Source: the human T2T-CHM13v2.0 reference genome, Homo sapiens. From it: a stretch of DNA of 64,000 nucleotides. Position numbers and translations under genes: made by a program. This document shows, piece by piece, positions 34,782 to 47,585 of this stretch. Below the pieces are notes generated by a model that worked only from the letters and a program-made list of their open reading frames with translations, did not search any database and had not been told where the DNA came from. Where the stretch lies: the NCBI RefSeq assembly GCF_009914755.1, contig NC_060941.1; one strand, 5' to 3'. Numbering within the stretch: position 1 is the stretch's first letter; each line of letters begins with the position of its first letter.

Positions 34782-34855
34782 GTTGCAGTGAACCGAGATT
34801 GCGCCACTGCATGGGCAACCAAGCAAGACTCTGTCTCAAAAAAAGAAAAAAGAAA
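34782..34855 (+). mobile_element. Alu 3'-terminal fragment
   Basis: gttgcagtgaaccgagattgcgccactgca...gactctgtctcaaaa. Confidence 0.85.
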
Positions 34856-35034
34856 GACGACAATATTATTGTATTATATTGTATTCTTTCTAAGATTACA
34901 ATGTAATATATTGTATTTAATATATTGTATCTAAGAATAAATATTATATACTGTAAGAAAAAGAAAGTTATCTAAATACAAAGAAGCCATCCTATATAAT
35001 ATTATTTATTAATATATAATATCTTATTCTCAAA

Positions 35035-35420
35035 TACAATATTGTTCAGCCTTAGAAAGAAATTAAATTCTGACACATGCTACAACATGGATGAACCTTG
35101 AGAACATTAAGCTAAGTGAAATTAGCTAGTCACGAGAAGAAAAATGCTGTGTGATTCCACTCTTATGAGATACCTATATTAGCCAAATGCATATAGACAC
35201 AGAGAGTAGAAAAGTGGTTGCCAGAGGCTGGGTGGAAGGGGAATGAGGAGTTGTTGTTTCATGGGTATAGAGCATTAGTTTCACAAAACAAAAAGAGTTC
35301 TGGAGATGAGTTGTAAGACAATGTAAATGCACTTAACACTACTGAACTGTACACTTAAAAATGGTTAAAATGGTATATTTTTTATTACATATATTTTACC
35401 ACAATTTTAAAAAATTTAAA
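35035..35420 (+). mobile_element. L1MB-type 3' end
   Basis: ttctgacacatgctacaacatggatgaaccttg...ctgaactgtacacttaaaaatggttaaaatgg. Confidence 0.85.
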
Positions 35421-35424
35421 AGAG

Positions 35425-35430
<6 letters not shown>

Positions 35431-35486
<56 letters not shown>
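35431..35486. repeat. (TA)28 microsatellite
   Basis: Pure TA run abutting a (TTG)n Alu tail. Confidence 0.98.
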
Positions 35487-35810
<324 letters not shown>

Positions 35811-36129
35811 TGAAAAGAATTTTGCTAAAAAGTAATGCATTGTAAGTATTTTAAAGATGACAGTAGGGAAATATCCTAGTTCATAGAGCAGAAAAGACAA
35901 AGAGATGGAAAATGATCATATCTGACTACTTGGGAACTTCAGAAAATACAGTAACAATTAAGGGGAGAAAAAAATTAAATCAAGAGAATTTCCCAGAGAG
36001 GAAAGGAGACACACATCTTCAAATTGAAAGGGTAGACTGAGTACCCAGCACAATAGATATAAATAGGCATATGGTTATATAAATTCATGCAGAATATCAG
36101 AAACCCATAGATTAAGAAAAGATTTTAGA

Positions 36130-36651
<522 letters not shown>

Positions 36652-37194
36652 TTAGTCTGGCAAAAGACTTTCTATGAGCAGCACTTCAATTAGCAATATT
36701 AACTCCTAAGAGTATCCAGGAAGACAATGCAATGATGTCTTCAAACCCCCGAGAAAGAGCCTTCAACCTGGAATTCCAAATCCAGCCCAAATTGAGTAGG
36801 AGCAGAACAAATACATTTTCAGATATGTAAAGACTCAGGAAGTTCACCTCCCATGCTCTCTTTCTTAAGCAATTATTTAAGTAAATTCTTAAGTCACTTC
36901 TTTGAATACTTATTCATGAGGAATAAAGCAAGAAAAGTAAACCAAGTTCATGAGAGAGTAGACCAAGAAAGCAGAATAAATGAGCCACAGAAATACTGAA
37001 TCCGTGTAAGAATAGAACTAAAGGAAAATGTCAGAGCTATAGCTACGCAGCAGGCCCAGAGACAACCAGTTCTTGGAATAAACAGATAGAACACTGTGTC
37101 AGAGAGGTTTGTGAGATGACGTAGATGAGAGCTTAGAAAATGAGCCTTGAGCATCTGTTGAAGTCCCTGAATTCAATGTTTAAAAACAAATTAG

Positions 37195-37480
37195 AGCCAG
37201 GAACAGTGGCTCATGCCTGTAATCTCAGCACTTTGGGAGGCCAAAGCAAGAGGATTGCTTGAGCTCAAGAGTTCAAGACCAGCCTGGGGAACATGGTGAA
37301 ACTCCATTTCTGCAAAAAATTAGCCGGGCATGGTGGCTCATGCCTGTGGTCCCAGATATTCAGGAGGCTGAGGTGGGAGGATCAGTTGAGCCTGGGAAGT
37401 CAAGGGTGCAGTGAGCCATGTTCGCGCCATTGTACTCCAGCCTTGATGACAAGGTGAGACCTTGTCTCAAAAAATAAAAA
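37195..37480 (+). mobile_element. AluJ-type
   Basis: gaggattgcttgagctcaag. Confidence 0.9.
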
Positions 37481-38024
37481 TTTAAAAAGTAAATTAGAAA
37501 CTCAGGGGGAAGAAGTAAAACAAAGTCATTATCTAATACAAAGAAGCCAATCCATATCAGAACACAAAGTCACTGAGATTCAAGAAGAGAATGGAATGCA
37601 TACCAAAGAGTGGAAAACTGGAAGATATGAGGAACATAATGAAGAAGACATGCATTTTCTTTCTCAACAAGCAAAAATAGAGGCAATCATAAACTTAAGA
37701 GAAAACAATAAGTATATAAAAAGACAAAGCACAGATTAAAACTGTGCCATGATTTTGAGCAATGGGTGTATTATTAAAAAGAGTGAGCATAATGTCATAC
37801 CTTAAATTAGATCCTGGATCAGAATTAGGAAATTGGGTAAAAACTTAGGAAATGCAAGTGAAAAATGGCCTTCCATAATAGTGTATCAGTATTGGTTCAT
37901 AGCTGTGACAAAGACACCATAATAATGTAAGCTGTTCCTAGCAGGAGAAACTGGGTGTGGGATACACAGGAGCTCTCTGTACTAACTTTGCAACTCTTCT
38001 ACAAACAAAATAATTCTAAAATTA

Positions 38025-38436
<412 letters not shown>

Positions 38437-38675
38437 CTAATGATTCATCTTAGACCTTGGCAACTCCAAAAATACAATCTACGGTTCACAAAGCAAGGAA
38501 TGGAGGTTGGAGTCTGCTGTGTGAAATTGCAGAGTTGACTGGTGGAAAAACAGAAAATGGGGGCATAACTATATTGAAAAGACTGTGCAGAGGAAATATA
38601 AGGGTACTAGTCAACAGATGTTTGTAACTGTTAGACCAAAAAAAAAGGCATTAAAGGAACTAAAAACAGACAGAG

Positions 38676-38677
<2 letters not shown>

Positions 38678-38728
<51 letters not shown>
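38678..38728 (+). repeat. A51 homopolymer
   Basis: 51 consecutive A, not attached to an Alu. Confidence 0.98.
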
Positions 38729-38730
<2 letters not shown>

Positions 38731-38988
38731 AGCGGGGGCAGGGGGAAGTTACCTTGGAGGAGAAGGACTCTGGGTAGGGATAAGAGAGACGTCTAAGCCC
38801 TTCCATACCATTTAAATTTTTGCATATGCATTTGTTACTTTGATTAAAATTTTCAAAATGAAACAAACAAAAAATTGTACCTATCCAGTTCACATCATGA
38901 CAGATACGGAAACAGAATCCATCATAGTGATTACAATTCTCAAACAAAGGGCTGAAAGCTTCTGTATTAACATGTAAAGGAGCACTCT

Positions 38989-39282
38989 TGGCAGGTGCGA
39001 TGGCTCACGCCTGTAATCCCAGCACTTTGGGAGGCCGAGGCAGGCGAATCACGAGGTCAGGAGTTTGAGACCAGCCTGGCCAACATAATGAAACCCCGCC
39101 TCTAGTAAAAATACAAAAAATTAGCTGGGATTGGTGGTGGGCACCTGTAATCCCAGCTACTCGGGGGACTGAGGCAGGAGAAATCACTTGAATCCGGGAG
39201 GCGGAGGTTGCAGTGAGCCAAGATCATGCCACTGCACTCCAGCCCAGGCGACAGTGCGAGACTGTCTCAAAAAACAAACAAA
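38989..39282 (+). mobile_element. Alu (AluS)
   Basis: Full dimer. Confidence 0.95.
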
Positions 39283-40304
39283 GAAGAGGAATTGAACACA
39301 GAAAAGTCAATATTCACACCCTGATAGCTAGGACTAGAAGAGGAAACTTAGAGACACACCTTAAGACTCCATATGCCAGAAACATTTCCCAGGCAGAGGT
39401 AGCTGAGGCAACAGGCAGCTACGGGAGAGGGGAGTTAACAGCTGGCAAGAAAGCTGTTCCTCCCTGTTTGGGGAAACATGCATGAGACAGTCCTTATCCA
39501 TACAAATGACCTCCCTAGCACATGGAGACGGGATTAGAAAATGTCTCTTCTAAAACTTTTAAATCAGAAGCCCTGCAGAATGAGCCACCCATCCTGAGAG
39601 ATGGTCTGCAAATGTACTTACCAATGACACTTGAATGGCCCCAAATCTCAGAGAGATATCAATCCAAAATGTAATTACTATGAGAATAACTTGACTTTTT
39701 AAATTATTGTGTTAATTTAGAATGTCACAAAAAAGGTCCAAAGGGCATGAAGCTAAAAAAAAATGATTAGAGCTTGAAAATTTTTTGGTATTTTCCCCAG
39801 GAAAGATAATACTCTAATCTAAATGGACTTTTAGTTTTAGCTTTGACAGGTGAAGAGTTAGAGGTCATCATCCCCACCCTTACAATAGGAAAAAGCTGAA
39901 CAAGCTCAAAATCAATGACTTTTCTTGGACCATCAGAGAACTGAGTTTGCAGGGAAACCTGCTCCTCTGAAATCTGGAGAGACAAGTGCATCCAGAAAGT
40001 CACAGCTGACATCTGCTTACCTGGAGCAGAAGCCACCGGAACCATGAGCTGGTAGGAACACTTACACAGTAATTTTGAGGAACCGTTGGAGGCTAAGTGT
40101 GGACTAATTTGAAAGTGAGAAGCTCCTGGGGGTCAGTCTTAGGTGGGCACCCACATTTTCATGGACTTTATCTCCAGGAACCCCACCAGGTTCTCATGGT
40201 GATGACTGGGAAAACCAAAGACAAAGAGAAAAATCTTGAAAGAACCCTAAGGAGGAAAAAGTAGGCTTCCTGCAGAGGAGCTAGAATAAAAATTATAGTA
40301 AATT

Positions 40305-40593
40305 GCCAGGCATGGTGGCTCACACCTGTAATCCCAGGACTTTGAGAGGCCGAGGTGGGCAGATCACCTGAGGTCGGGAGTTTGAGACCAGCCTGACCAA
40401 CATGGAGAAACCCCGTCTCTACTAAAAATACAAAATTAGCCGGGCATGGTGGCACATGCCTGTAATCTCAGCTACTCAGGAGGCTGAGGAGGAGAATCGC
40501 TTGAACCTGGGAGGCAGAGGTTCCAGTGAGCCAAGATTGTGCCTTGCACTCCAGCCTGGGCAACAAGAATGAAACTCTGTCTCAAATTAAAAA
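40305..40593 (+). mobile_element. Alu (AluSp-like)
   Basis: gaggtcgggag...cctgaccaacatggagaaacc. Confidence 0.9.
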
Positions 40594-40993
40594 ATATATA
40601 TATAGTAAACTTCTCCTCAGAAAGTATGCAAGCATTGGTAGGAAAACAGGATGACTATAGTTAACAATAATTGAATGTATATTTCAAGATAACTACAGAA
40701 GTGAATTTGGAATGTTCCTAACACAAAGAAATCATAAATGTTTACGGTGATGGATATCCCAACTACCCTGATTTGCTCATTCACATTGTACACTTACATA
40801 AAAATATAACATGTACCCCATGAATACGTACAACTAGTATGTATTCACAAAAATTAAAAATTAGAAAAAAATAATTTAAAAAAGAAAGTATGCAAGCAAA
40901 AAGACAGTAGTATAAAATATTTAAAGTGTTAGAGGGGAAAATCACCAACCTAGGATTCTATATCCAGGGAAATTATCCTTCAAAAATGAAGAA

Positions 40994-41298
40994 GCACCGG
41001 GCATGGTGGTGTGTGCCTGTAGTGTTAGCCCTTTGGGAAGCTGAGGTAGGAGGATCCTTTGAGGCCAGAAGCTCGAGACCAGTCTAGGCAACATAGCAAG
41101 ACCTCATCTCTACAAAAAAATTAAAAGATTATCTGGGCATGGTACTATGCACTGGTAGTTCCAGCTACTTGGGAAGCTGAGGCAGAAGGATTGCTTGAGC
41201 CCAGAAATTTGGGGCTGCAGTGTACTATAATCCTACTTGTGAATAGCCACTTCACTCCAGCCTGGACAACATAGCAAGATCCCATTTCTTTAAAAAAT
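40994..41298 (+). mobile_element. AluJ-type
   Basis: Old dimer with gtgaatagccacttcactccagcc. Confidence 0.85.
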
Positions 41299-41727
41299 GA
41301 GGAAGAAATAGATACTATCAGACAAACAACTGAGGAATTTGTCACCAGCTGACTTCCCTTACAAGAAACGTTAAAAAAATTTTTTTTCAAGCAGGACAGT
41401 GACACATATCAGAAACTTGGATCTATATGAAGCAAAGAAGGGTGTCAGAGAAGGTGTAAATGAAGTTCACATAAAAATCTTATTTTTCCTATTCTTAATT
41501 GATCTAAAAGATAACTGTTTAAAGTAACAATAGTAATCAGTATTTAATGATTATAGCATGTGGATAAATGACATAAATGATAGCAATGTCAGAAGGCTGG
41601 AAGGGAGGACTCAGGAATACTGTTTTTAAGGCACCTGCACTACACATGAAGCAGAAATAGTGCTGTTTGAAGGTAGATTTAGTTTAGTTTTAAGAATATA
41701 CTGTAAACTCTAAAGAGAACTGCTTAA

Positions 41728-42027
<300 letters not shown>

Positions 42028-42884
42028 TAAAATTTTTTAAGAAGAATTTTTTACTGATATTCTGAGAGAAGATAAAATTTTTAAAAATCATATAAATTTC
42101 TCAGAGAGTGCAGAAGCAGTAGCATCTGTAGATGAATAAAAAGCCATTACAAACATGGTCAATATTAATCCAAATATAGTAACAATCACTTTAAATATGA
42201 ATGGCTTAATACACTAATTAAAGGACAGAGACTGTCAGAGGGTTATCATAAAAGAGGAAGATCCAATTTTATGCTGCCTACCAGAAATATACTTTAAATA
42301 TAAAGACTCCAAAGTTTAAAAATAAAGGGATGGAAAAAGTTAGACGACACACTGATCAAAAGAAAACTGAAGTAGCGATGTTAATACCAGACAAAGAAGA
42401 CTTAGAACAGGGAAAATTGTTAGGAGTAAACGGGAAACCTACCTAATGACAAAGGGAATTAGTTCTCCAAGAAATGTGCATGCACCTGATTACAGAGTGT
42501 CAAAATACACGAGGCAAAAACGAATAGAAATGCAAAGAGAAAAAGACAAACCCACTGTAGAGATGGAGAATTCAAAACCCTCTGTCAGTAAGTGATAGAT
42601 CTAGCAGGAATACAATACATAAAGGATATAGTTGACTTGAAGAACACTATCAATCAATTCGATCTGATTGGCATTTATAGAATACTCTATCCAACAATAA
42701 CAAAACACACATTCTTCTCAACCTCACCTAGAATGCTCACCAAGATAAGACCTCAAAACACATCTTAACAAATTTAAAAGAATAGGAAGACACAACGTAT
42801 GTAATTCTAAATTAATAGTATTGTTATATAACGGGCACATTCTCTAAAGAATACCTACTTTCCTTTACTTTTATTATTTGCTCA

Positions 42885-43378
42885 TGTGAAAGGAAAAATG
42901 AATCTTGGGACCCCAAAATCACTAAGCTAAAGGGAAAAGTCAGGCTAGGAACTGCTTAGGGCAAACTTGCCTCCCATTCTATTCAAAGTCATCCCTCTGC
43001 TCACTGAGATAGATACATATCTGATTGCTTCCTTTGGAAAGACTAATCAGAAACTCAAAAGAATGCAAACATTTTTCTCTTATCTACCTTTGACCAAGAA
43101 GCTCCGCCGCCCCCCCCCCGCACACCCCCCCCCCCCCCCCCCCCCCGCCGCCCTGCCACTTGGAGTTGTCCTGCTTTTCTGGACCAAACCAGTGTACATC
43201 TTACATATATTGATTGATGTCTCATATCTCCCTAAAATACATAAACCAAGCTGCCCCCCGACCACTTTGAGCATGCTATCAGGACCTCCTGAGGCTGTGT
43301 CATGGTGTGTGTCCCTAACTTTGGCAAAATAAACTTCCTAAATTGACTGAGAGCTGTCTCAGATATTTGGGGTTCACA
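42885..43378 (+). mobile_element. Solo ERV1 LTR (MER4A1-like)
   Basis: tgtgaaaggaaaa...cttgggaccccaaaatcactaagc...aataaa...ggggttcaca; TG/CA ends; near-TSD ctca / ctaa. Confidence 0.85.
43104..43153. repeat. Poly-C tract (C10 + C22)
   Basis: C10 at 43110-43119, C22 at 43125-43146. Confidence 0.95.
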
Positions 43379-43514
43379 CTAAACAATACGCCTTCTGATG
43401 ATCTCTTCTGCCTAGCTAATGCCTGCTCATGCTCAGCCCAAACTTAAAGATTAAAAACTTTAATACAGTATAATAAAAGCATAAACAAAGTTAATCATTG
43501 AAAAGTAATCCACA

Positions 43515-43815
43515 GCCAGGTGCAGTGGCTCACGCCTGTAATCCCAGCATTTTGGGAGGCTGAGGCAGGCAGATTGTTTAAGCCCAGGAGTTCAAGCCTG
43601 GGCAATATGGAAAACCCGTCTCTAAAAAAGATACAAAAATTAGCCAGGCATGGTGGCACACACATGTTGTCCCGGCTAGTCAGAGGGTTCAGGCAGGAGG
43701 ATTGCTTGAGCCTGGGAGGTCAAGACTGCAGTGAGCTTTAATTGAGCCACTGCACTCTAGCTCGGGTGACAGAGTGAGACCATGTCTCAAAAAAACAAGA
43801 AAGAAAAGAAAAGAA
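43515..43815 (+). mobile_element. AluJ-type
   Basis: Diverged dimer. Confidence 0.9.
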
Positions 43816-43919
43816 ATCTATGGAAAATAATGCAATATTTATGACATAAAGGATTAATGCCCATAATATAAAAATTGATTTTATAAATCAATAAAAGAGC
43901 ACATTCATTCTTGACTTAA

Positions 43920-44320
43920 CTCATTCTCTATACAGTAGCCAAAGTAGTATCTTTAAAACCCAGATCTAGCCATGCCATTTCCCTGCTTGAAGTCCTTCAA
44001 TGGCTTCACATTGCCCTTAGAATGAAGTTCAAAACTCTTAACATGATCCACATGATCTGGTCCTTATCTATCTCTAGATTGGTCTCCCGTTACCCTTCTC
44101 CCATCTTTCTCAGGACTCTAGCCACACTGGTCTTTTCTCAGCTCTTCACACCTTAAAGCCTCTGCATGTATCGATCGCTTTGCCTGGAATCACTCCACCA
44201 CCACCACCCTCTTCGACTAATGCCCACTTTTCCTTCAGATCTCAGCTTAAACATCATTTCTCATGAAAGTCTTCCATCATCAATTCTGGATTGGTTCAGA
44301 TCCTCTGCTATTTGCTCTAT
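43920..44320 (+). mobile_element. L2 fragment
   Basis: ccctgcttgaagtccttcaatggcttcacattgcccttagaat...tcagatctcagcttaaacatca. Confidence 0.75.
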
Positions 44321-45329
44321 AAACCTGAACAAACAGAATCATGTTTCTGAAGCTTCAGAACTCCAAACAAGACTCTGAGGAGTGACCCTTCCAAGGAATG
44401 TGAGGTTCCAGGCAAAGCCTCTAGAATCTTCTTATCTATAATAGTCAGGGTTGGTGAGGAAGCTCAGGAGAAAGTTAAGATGAGCGAGTCTAAGCTATCC
44501 GTTCTGTACTTTTTTTGAGTATAGACAACTTTGAGAACTTAATAAAATCTATGGGATTCATTTCTTCTTCTGGAGATTGCCTCTCCCCCAGAAAAAGTCA
44601 CAGAAGCAAAATTTTGTGTAATGTTATCAATGTTGCAAAGTTCCCCTAACATCCATTTATCCACCTCACATTAAGAACCCCAACCATTGGATGTTATGTA
44701 TTTGTCACAGGCTGAAAACAAACAAACAAACAAAAACAAAAACAAAAAAAATCAGCCCAGTGAGAATCTCATAAAACAAACACATTGGTTCCCTAGCTTT
44801 GTTCATTTAATCAATGTTCATTGAGTATCTACAGTATAGTGATTCCAGCAATAATAACACCTTATAAATGAAATTTACTTTACAATTTAAAAGAAAATAA
44901 AGACTTTTCATGTACATTGTCTCACTCTTCCCCCAAACCCAATAAAGTGGGCATAGATTACTCTACCTATTTTGCAGATGAGAAAACATAAGTAATCCCA
45001 GGGAACACGAGTGATCTGGTTCACACAACTCAGCCAAAAAGGAGTGAAACCCAGCAGTAAAACGCACTCTTTTAACCCTAAGCCTGGCTCTTTCCTTCCA
45101 TGTTGATATTGACTCCAAGGGCCCGTGGCTGGTACTAGGACTTGTCCTTAGTAATCTGATAATAATCCCAGGGGCCACAGTCTCAGCCTCCAGTTCCCAT
45201 GGTGGTCAGCCTCACGCTCTCATATTCCATGTGATGATGCAATTTTGCCAATCAAAGGTCGCAGCAGCAGGACTCCCCTGACGTATAGGAGAAGTAGCCA
45301 GAGCTCTTCATCCCCTGCCAGGAGAGCAT

Positions 45330-45560
45330 AGTAGCTCACATTTATTGAGTTCTTAGTACACGCTGGGCACTGTTCTAGGCTTTTTACATGAATTAACTCA
45401 TTAAATACTCAGAACAAAACCATGAGGCAGGTACTATTATAATATTATCTCCATTTTGTGGACACTTAGGAAAGATTAATTTGCCCGAGTTTGCACGACT
45501 AATAATTTTCAGAATCGAGATTTGAATCCTGGAGCCTGTGCTCCTAACCAAACCACCATC
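45330..45560 (-). mobile_element. MIR
   Basis: catttattgag...ggcactgttctagg...catgaggcaggtactatt...gatttgaatcc. Confidence 0.75.
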
Positions 45561-46086
45561 TGCCTCTCCTGAGCCCATTGTCCTTAACTTCTTGCGGTCA
45601 TGTGTGCTGAAGAGAATGTGATCAAAGCCCTGGACCTTCTCCCTAGGAAAACGCAGGTAAACAGAATTTTGCATATTTCAGGGACTTTGGGGACACCTAA
45701 GACCCATCTACTGTCGACCTCAGACTTAGAAGCTCTATTTATCTCATACATCCTGGAGAGAATTGTCCAGGGACAAAAACAGAAGCGCCGCCAGCGCCGC
45801 AGGACTTCGCCTCTGCAAACGTGTGAGGAGAGCTGCGCTGCGCTGAGCTGCGTGGTGACGGAGATGCCCGTTCGCTCGGGATCAGGAACGGTGAGCTCCT
45901 GGGACCGCAATGCCCTGAGAACGCAGCCGGGTGCTGAGCCTCCGGAGTCCGGTAGCTGAATGAAATACGCAGGGATCACCAGCCGGACCCAAATCTTGCG
46001 TCCCTGCCAGCATCCTGGAGTCCTAAGAGGCAGGGATTGGAGCGGACAGGATCTCAGAACTCTGGTCCCGGGCGCACAACGGCGGA

Positions 46087-46107
46087 GTCGCTGTTCCTGG
46101 TGCTGAA
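46087..46107 (-). promoter_or_regulatory. RE1/NRSE (REST-binding) motif
   Basis: GTCGCTGTTCCTGGTGCTGAA vs the reverse-complement RE1 consensus GGCGCTGTCCGTGGTGCTGAA: 18/21 identical, one of the differences in the variable spacer. Confidence 0.7.
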
Positions 46108-46169
46108 ACGCTCAGTCCTGGAAGAACGTGGCCGCCTGCCCGCCTGGTACCGCGCCGCGGCCGCTGCGG

Positions 46170-46188
46170 GGAACTGTCCAGTGCTGAA
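46170..46188 (-). promoter_or_regulatory. Non-canonical RE1-like motif (both half-sites, 2-bp spacer missing)
   Basis: GGAACTGTCC|AGTGCTGAA vs GGCGCTGTCC|NN|GGTGCTGAA. Confidence 0.4.
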
Positions 46189-46315
46189 AACGGATGCGGC
46201 CCGGCCCGCAGAGCTCAGACCCAAGCCTGCCGCACCCAGCGGAGCTCGAACCGAGCTCCTGGAAGCGCTGACGCAGAGCGCAGGGAGAGCCGGAGCGGCG
46301 AGCTCCAAGCCTGGC

Positions 46316-46387
46316 ATGGACCTGCAGAGACCCGATTCCTACCAGGGAGGAGCTGGCCCTGACTTCAACGACCACGTCCTGCATAAG
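46316..46387 (+). CDS. RAB37: RAB37 (Ras-related protein Rab-37), first coding exon of the distal-promoter isoform; 24 codons, phase-0 donor; the rest of the CDS is outside the window
   Basis: ATG in strong Kozak context (ggcATGG) inside a CpG island. Translates to MDLQRPDSYQGGAGPDFNDHVLHK, which I recall as the N-terminus of a RAB37 isoform that continues TILVGDSGVGKT. Ends at an AAG|GTAAAC splice donor. Confidence 0.9.
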
Positions 46388-47424
46388 GTAAACATCTCCT
46401 GTATTCCTCAACCTAACGTTGGAAGAGGCGCCAGCACCAGGAGTTTTCTCCACTCCCCTGACTTTGCTTTGGGACTTAATGAGAAACTAGCTTGTATCTG
46501 TGAGTCTGGGGAGCCCTTTCTGTCTGATCCTGTTTCCTGCTCAAAACAGAGATGCGTGAGCTCTTGGGGAAGGGCTGCCGCCAGAGGCTCAGATGGTCAG
46601 AAGCTTCATTCATTCACTTACATCATCTGTGTTCCTTTTTCACCCCCTCCTTCTCCTTGCCTATTTATGCCCCTGGGTGACCCCTGGCACCTTGCTCTCC
46701 TAACCCTTGTAGGAGACTGCATTTCTCCCTGTTACATCTGCTAGCAGTGGCCAAATACCTGAATTTCTGGCCAATTTGTCTGAAATTAGATAAATGGTCT
46801 GCAGCAGAGATGAACTGCTGTTTTCAAATCAGACTCCCTCATGGCTCCAGAAAGCTTCCCTCCAGCCATGATTCCCTCACAGCCCCTGTAAGCATTTGCT
46901 TATTTCAAAGCACTAACATATCCATTGCTTCCTTCACTCAAGTTTCTTATGCAACTCAGTTTTCAGTAATGCAGGTCTCCCCCTAAGATAGTTGTTGGGA
47001 AAAATAGTAGCCTCTCTCAGGATAATTCAAAATCCATCACTCTGAAATAATCAAAGTGTTATATTTGCCATAAGAAGTTATTATGGCTCACCTTCCTTTT
47101 CTCTGACTTTGCCATGCCTTCCTGCTCCAGCCCCTATATTTTCTGCTTTGATAATGCCAGTTCACCTGCTAGTCCTTTGAAAAGCTGTACGTGATCCTAT
47201 AGGTGGAGTTTTTTAATCAAAACATCACTTTGAAGAGTCTATGAATGCAAGCTTTGAAATAACCTAACCCAACCTCCTCCTCTATCACCCAGCTTATATT
47301 TGAGGAAACTAAAATCCAGAGAGGAAAAATGACTTGTCCAAGAAAGCAAGCTGGTAAATGGCAGAGCTGATACTAAAAGCCAGAAATTACTACTACACGT
47401 GTAGTATTCTTTCCTCTATATCCT

Positions 47425-47585
47425 TACTAAACTTCTCATCAAAGTGTGCAGTCCATGGACCAGCAGCATTGGCATTACCTTGGAACTTATTACAATAGAA
47501 AGCCCTGACCCTAGATTGGCTGAATCTGAATCTGCATTTTAACAAGATCTCTAGGAATAAATATGCACAATAAAGTTTTAGGTGC
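47425..47585. mobile_element. MER5A
   Basis: caaagtgtgcagtccatggaccagcagcattggcattacc...aatctgcattttaacaagatc. Confidence 0.8.

Larger units (their letters stand above)
45780..46440 (+). promoter_or_regulatory. RAB37: CpG island / RAB37 distal promoter and 5' UTR
   Basis: Abrupt rise in GC and CpG density (e.g. cgcgccgcggccgctgcgg) against a CpG-depleted background; surrounds the first coding exon. The exact TSS cannot be read from sequence. Confidence 0.85.

Noticed and set aside
46037-46744. 235-aa ORF as a complete gene
   Set aside because: It starts at TTG and reads through the GT donor at 46388 into intron; only 46316-46387 matches a recognisable protein.
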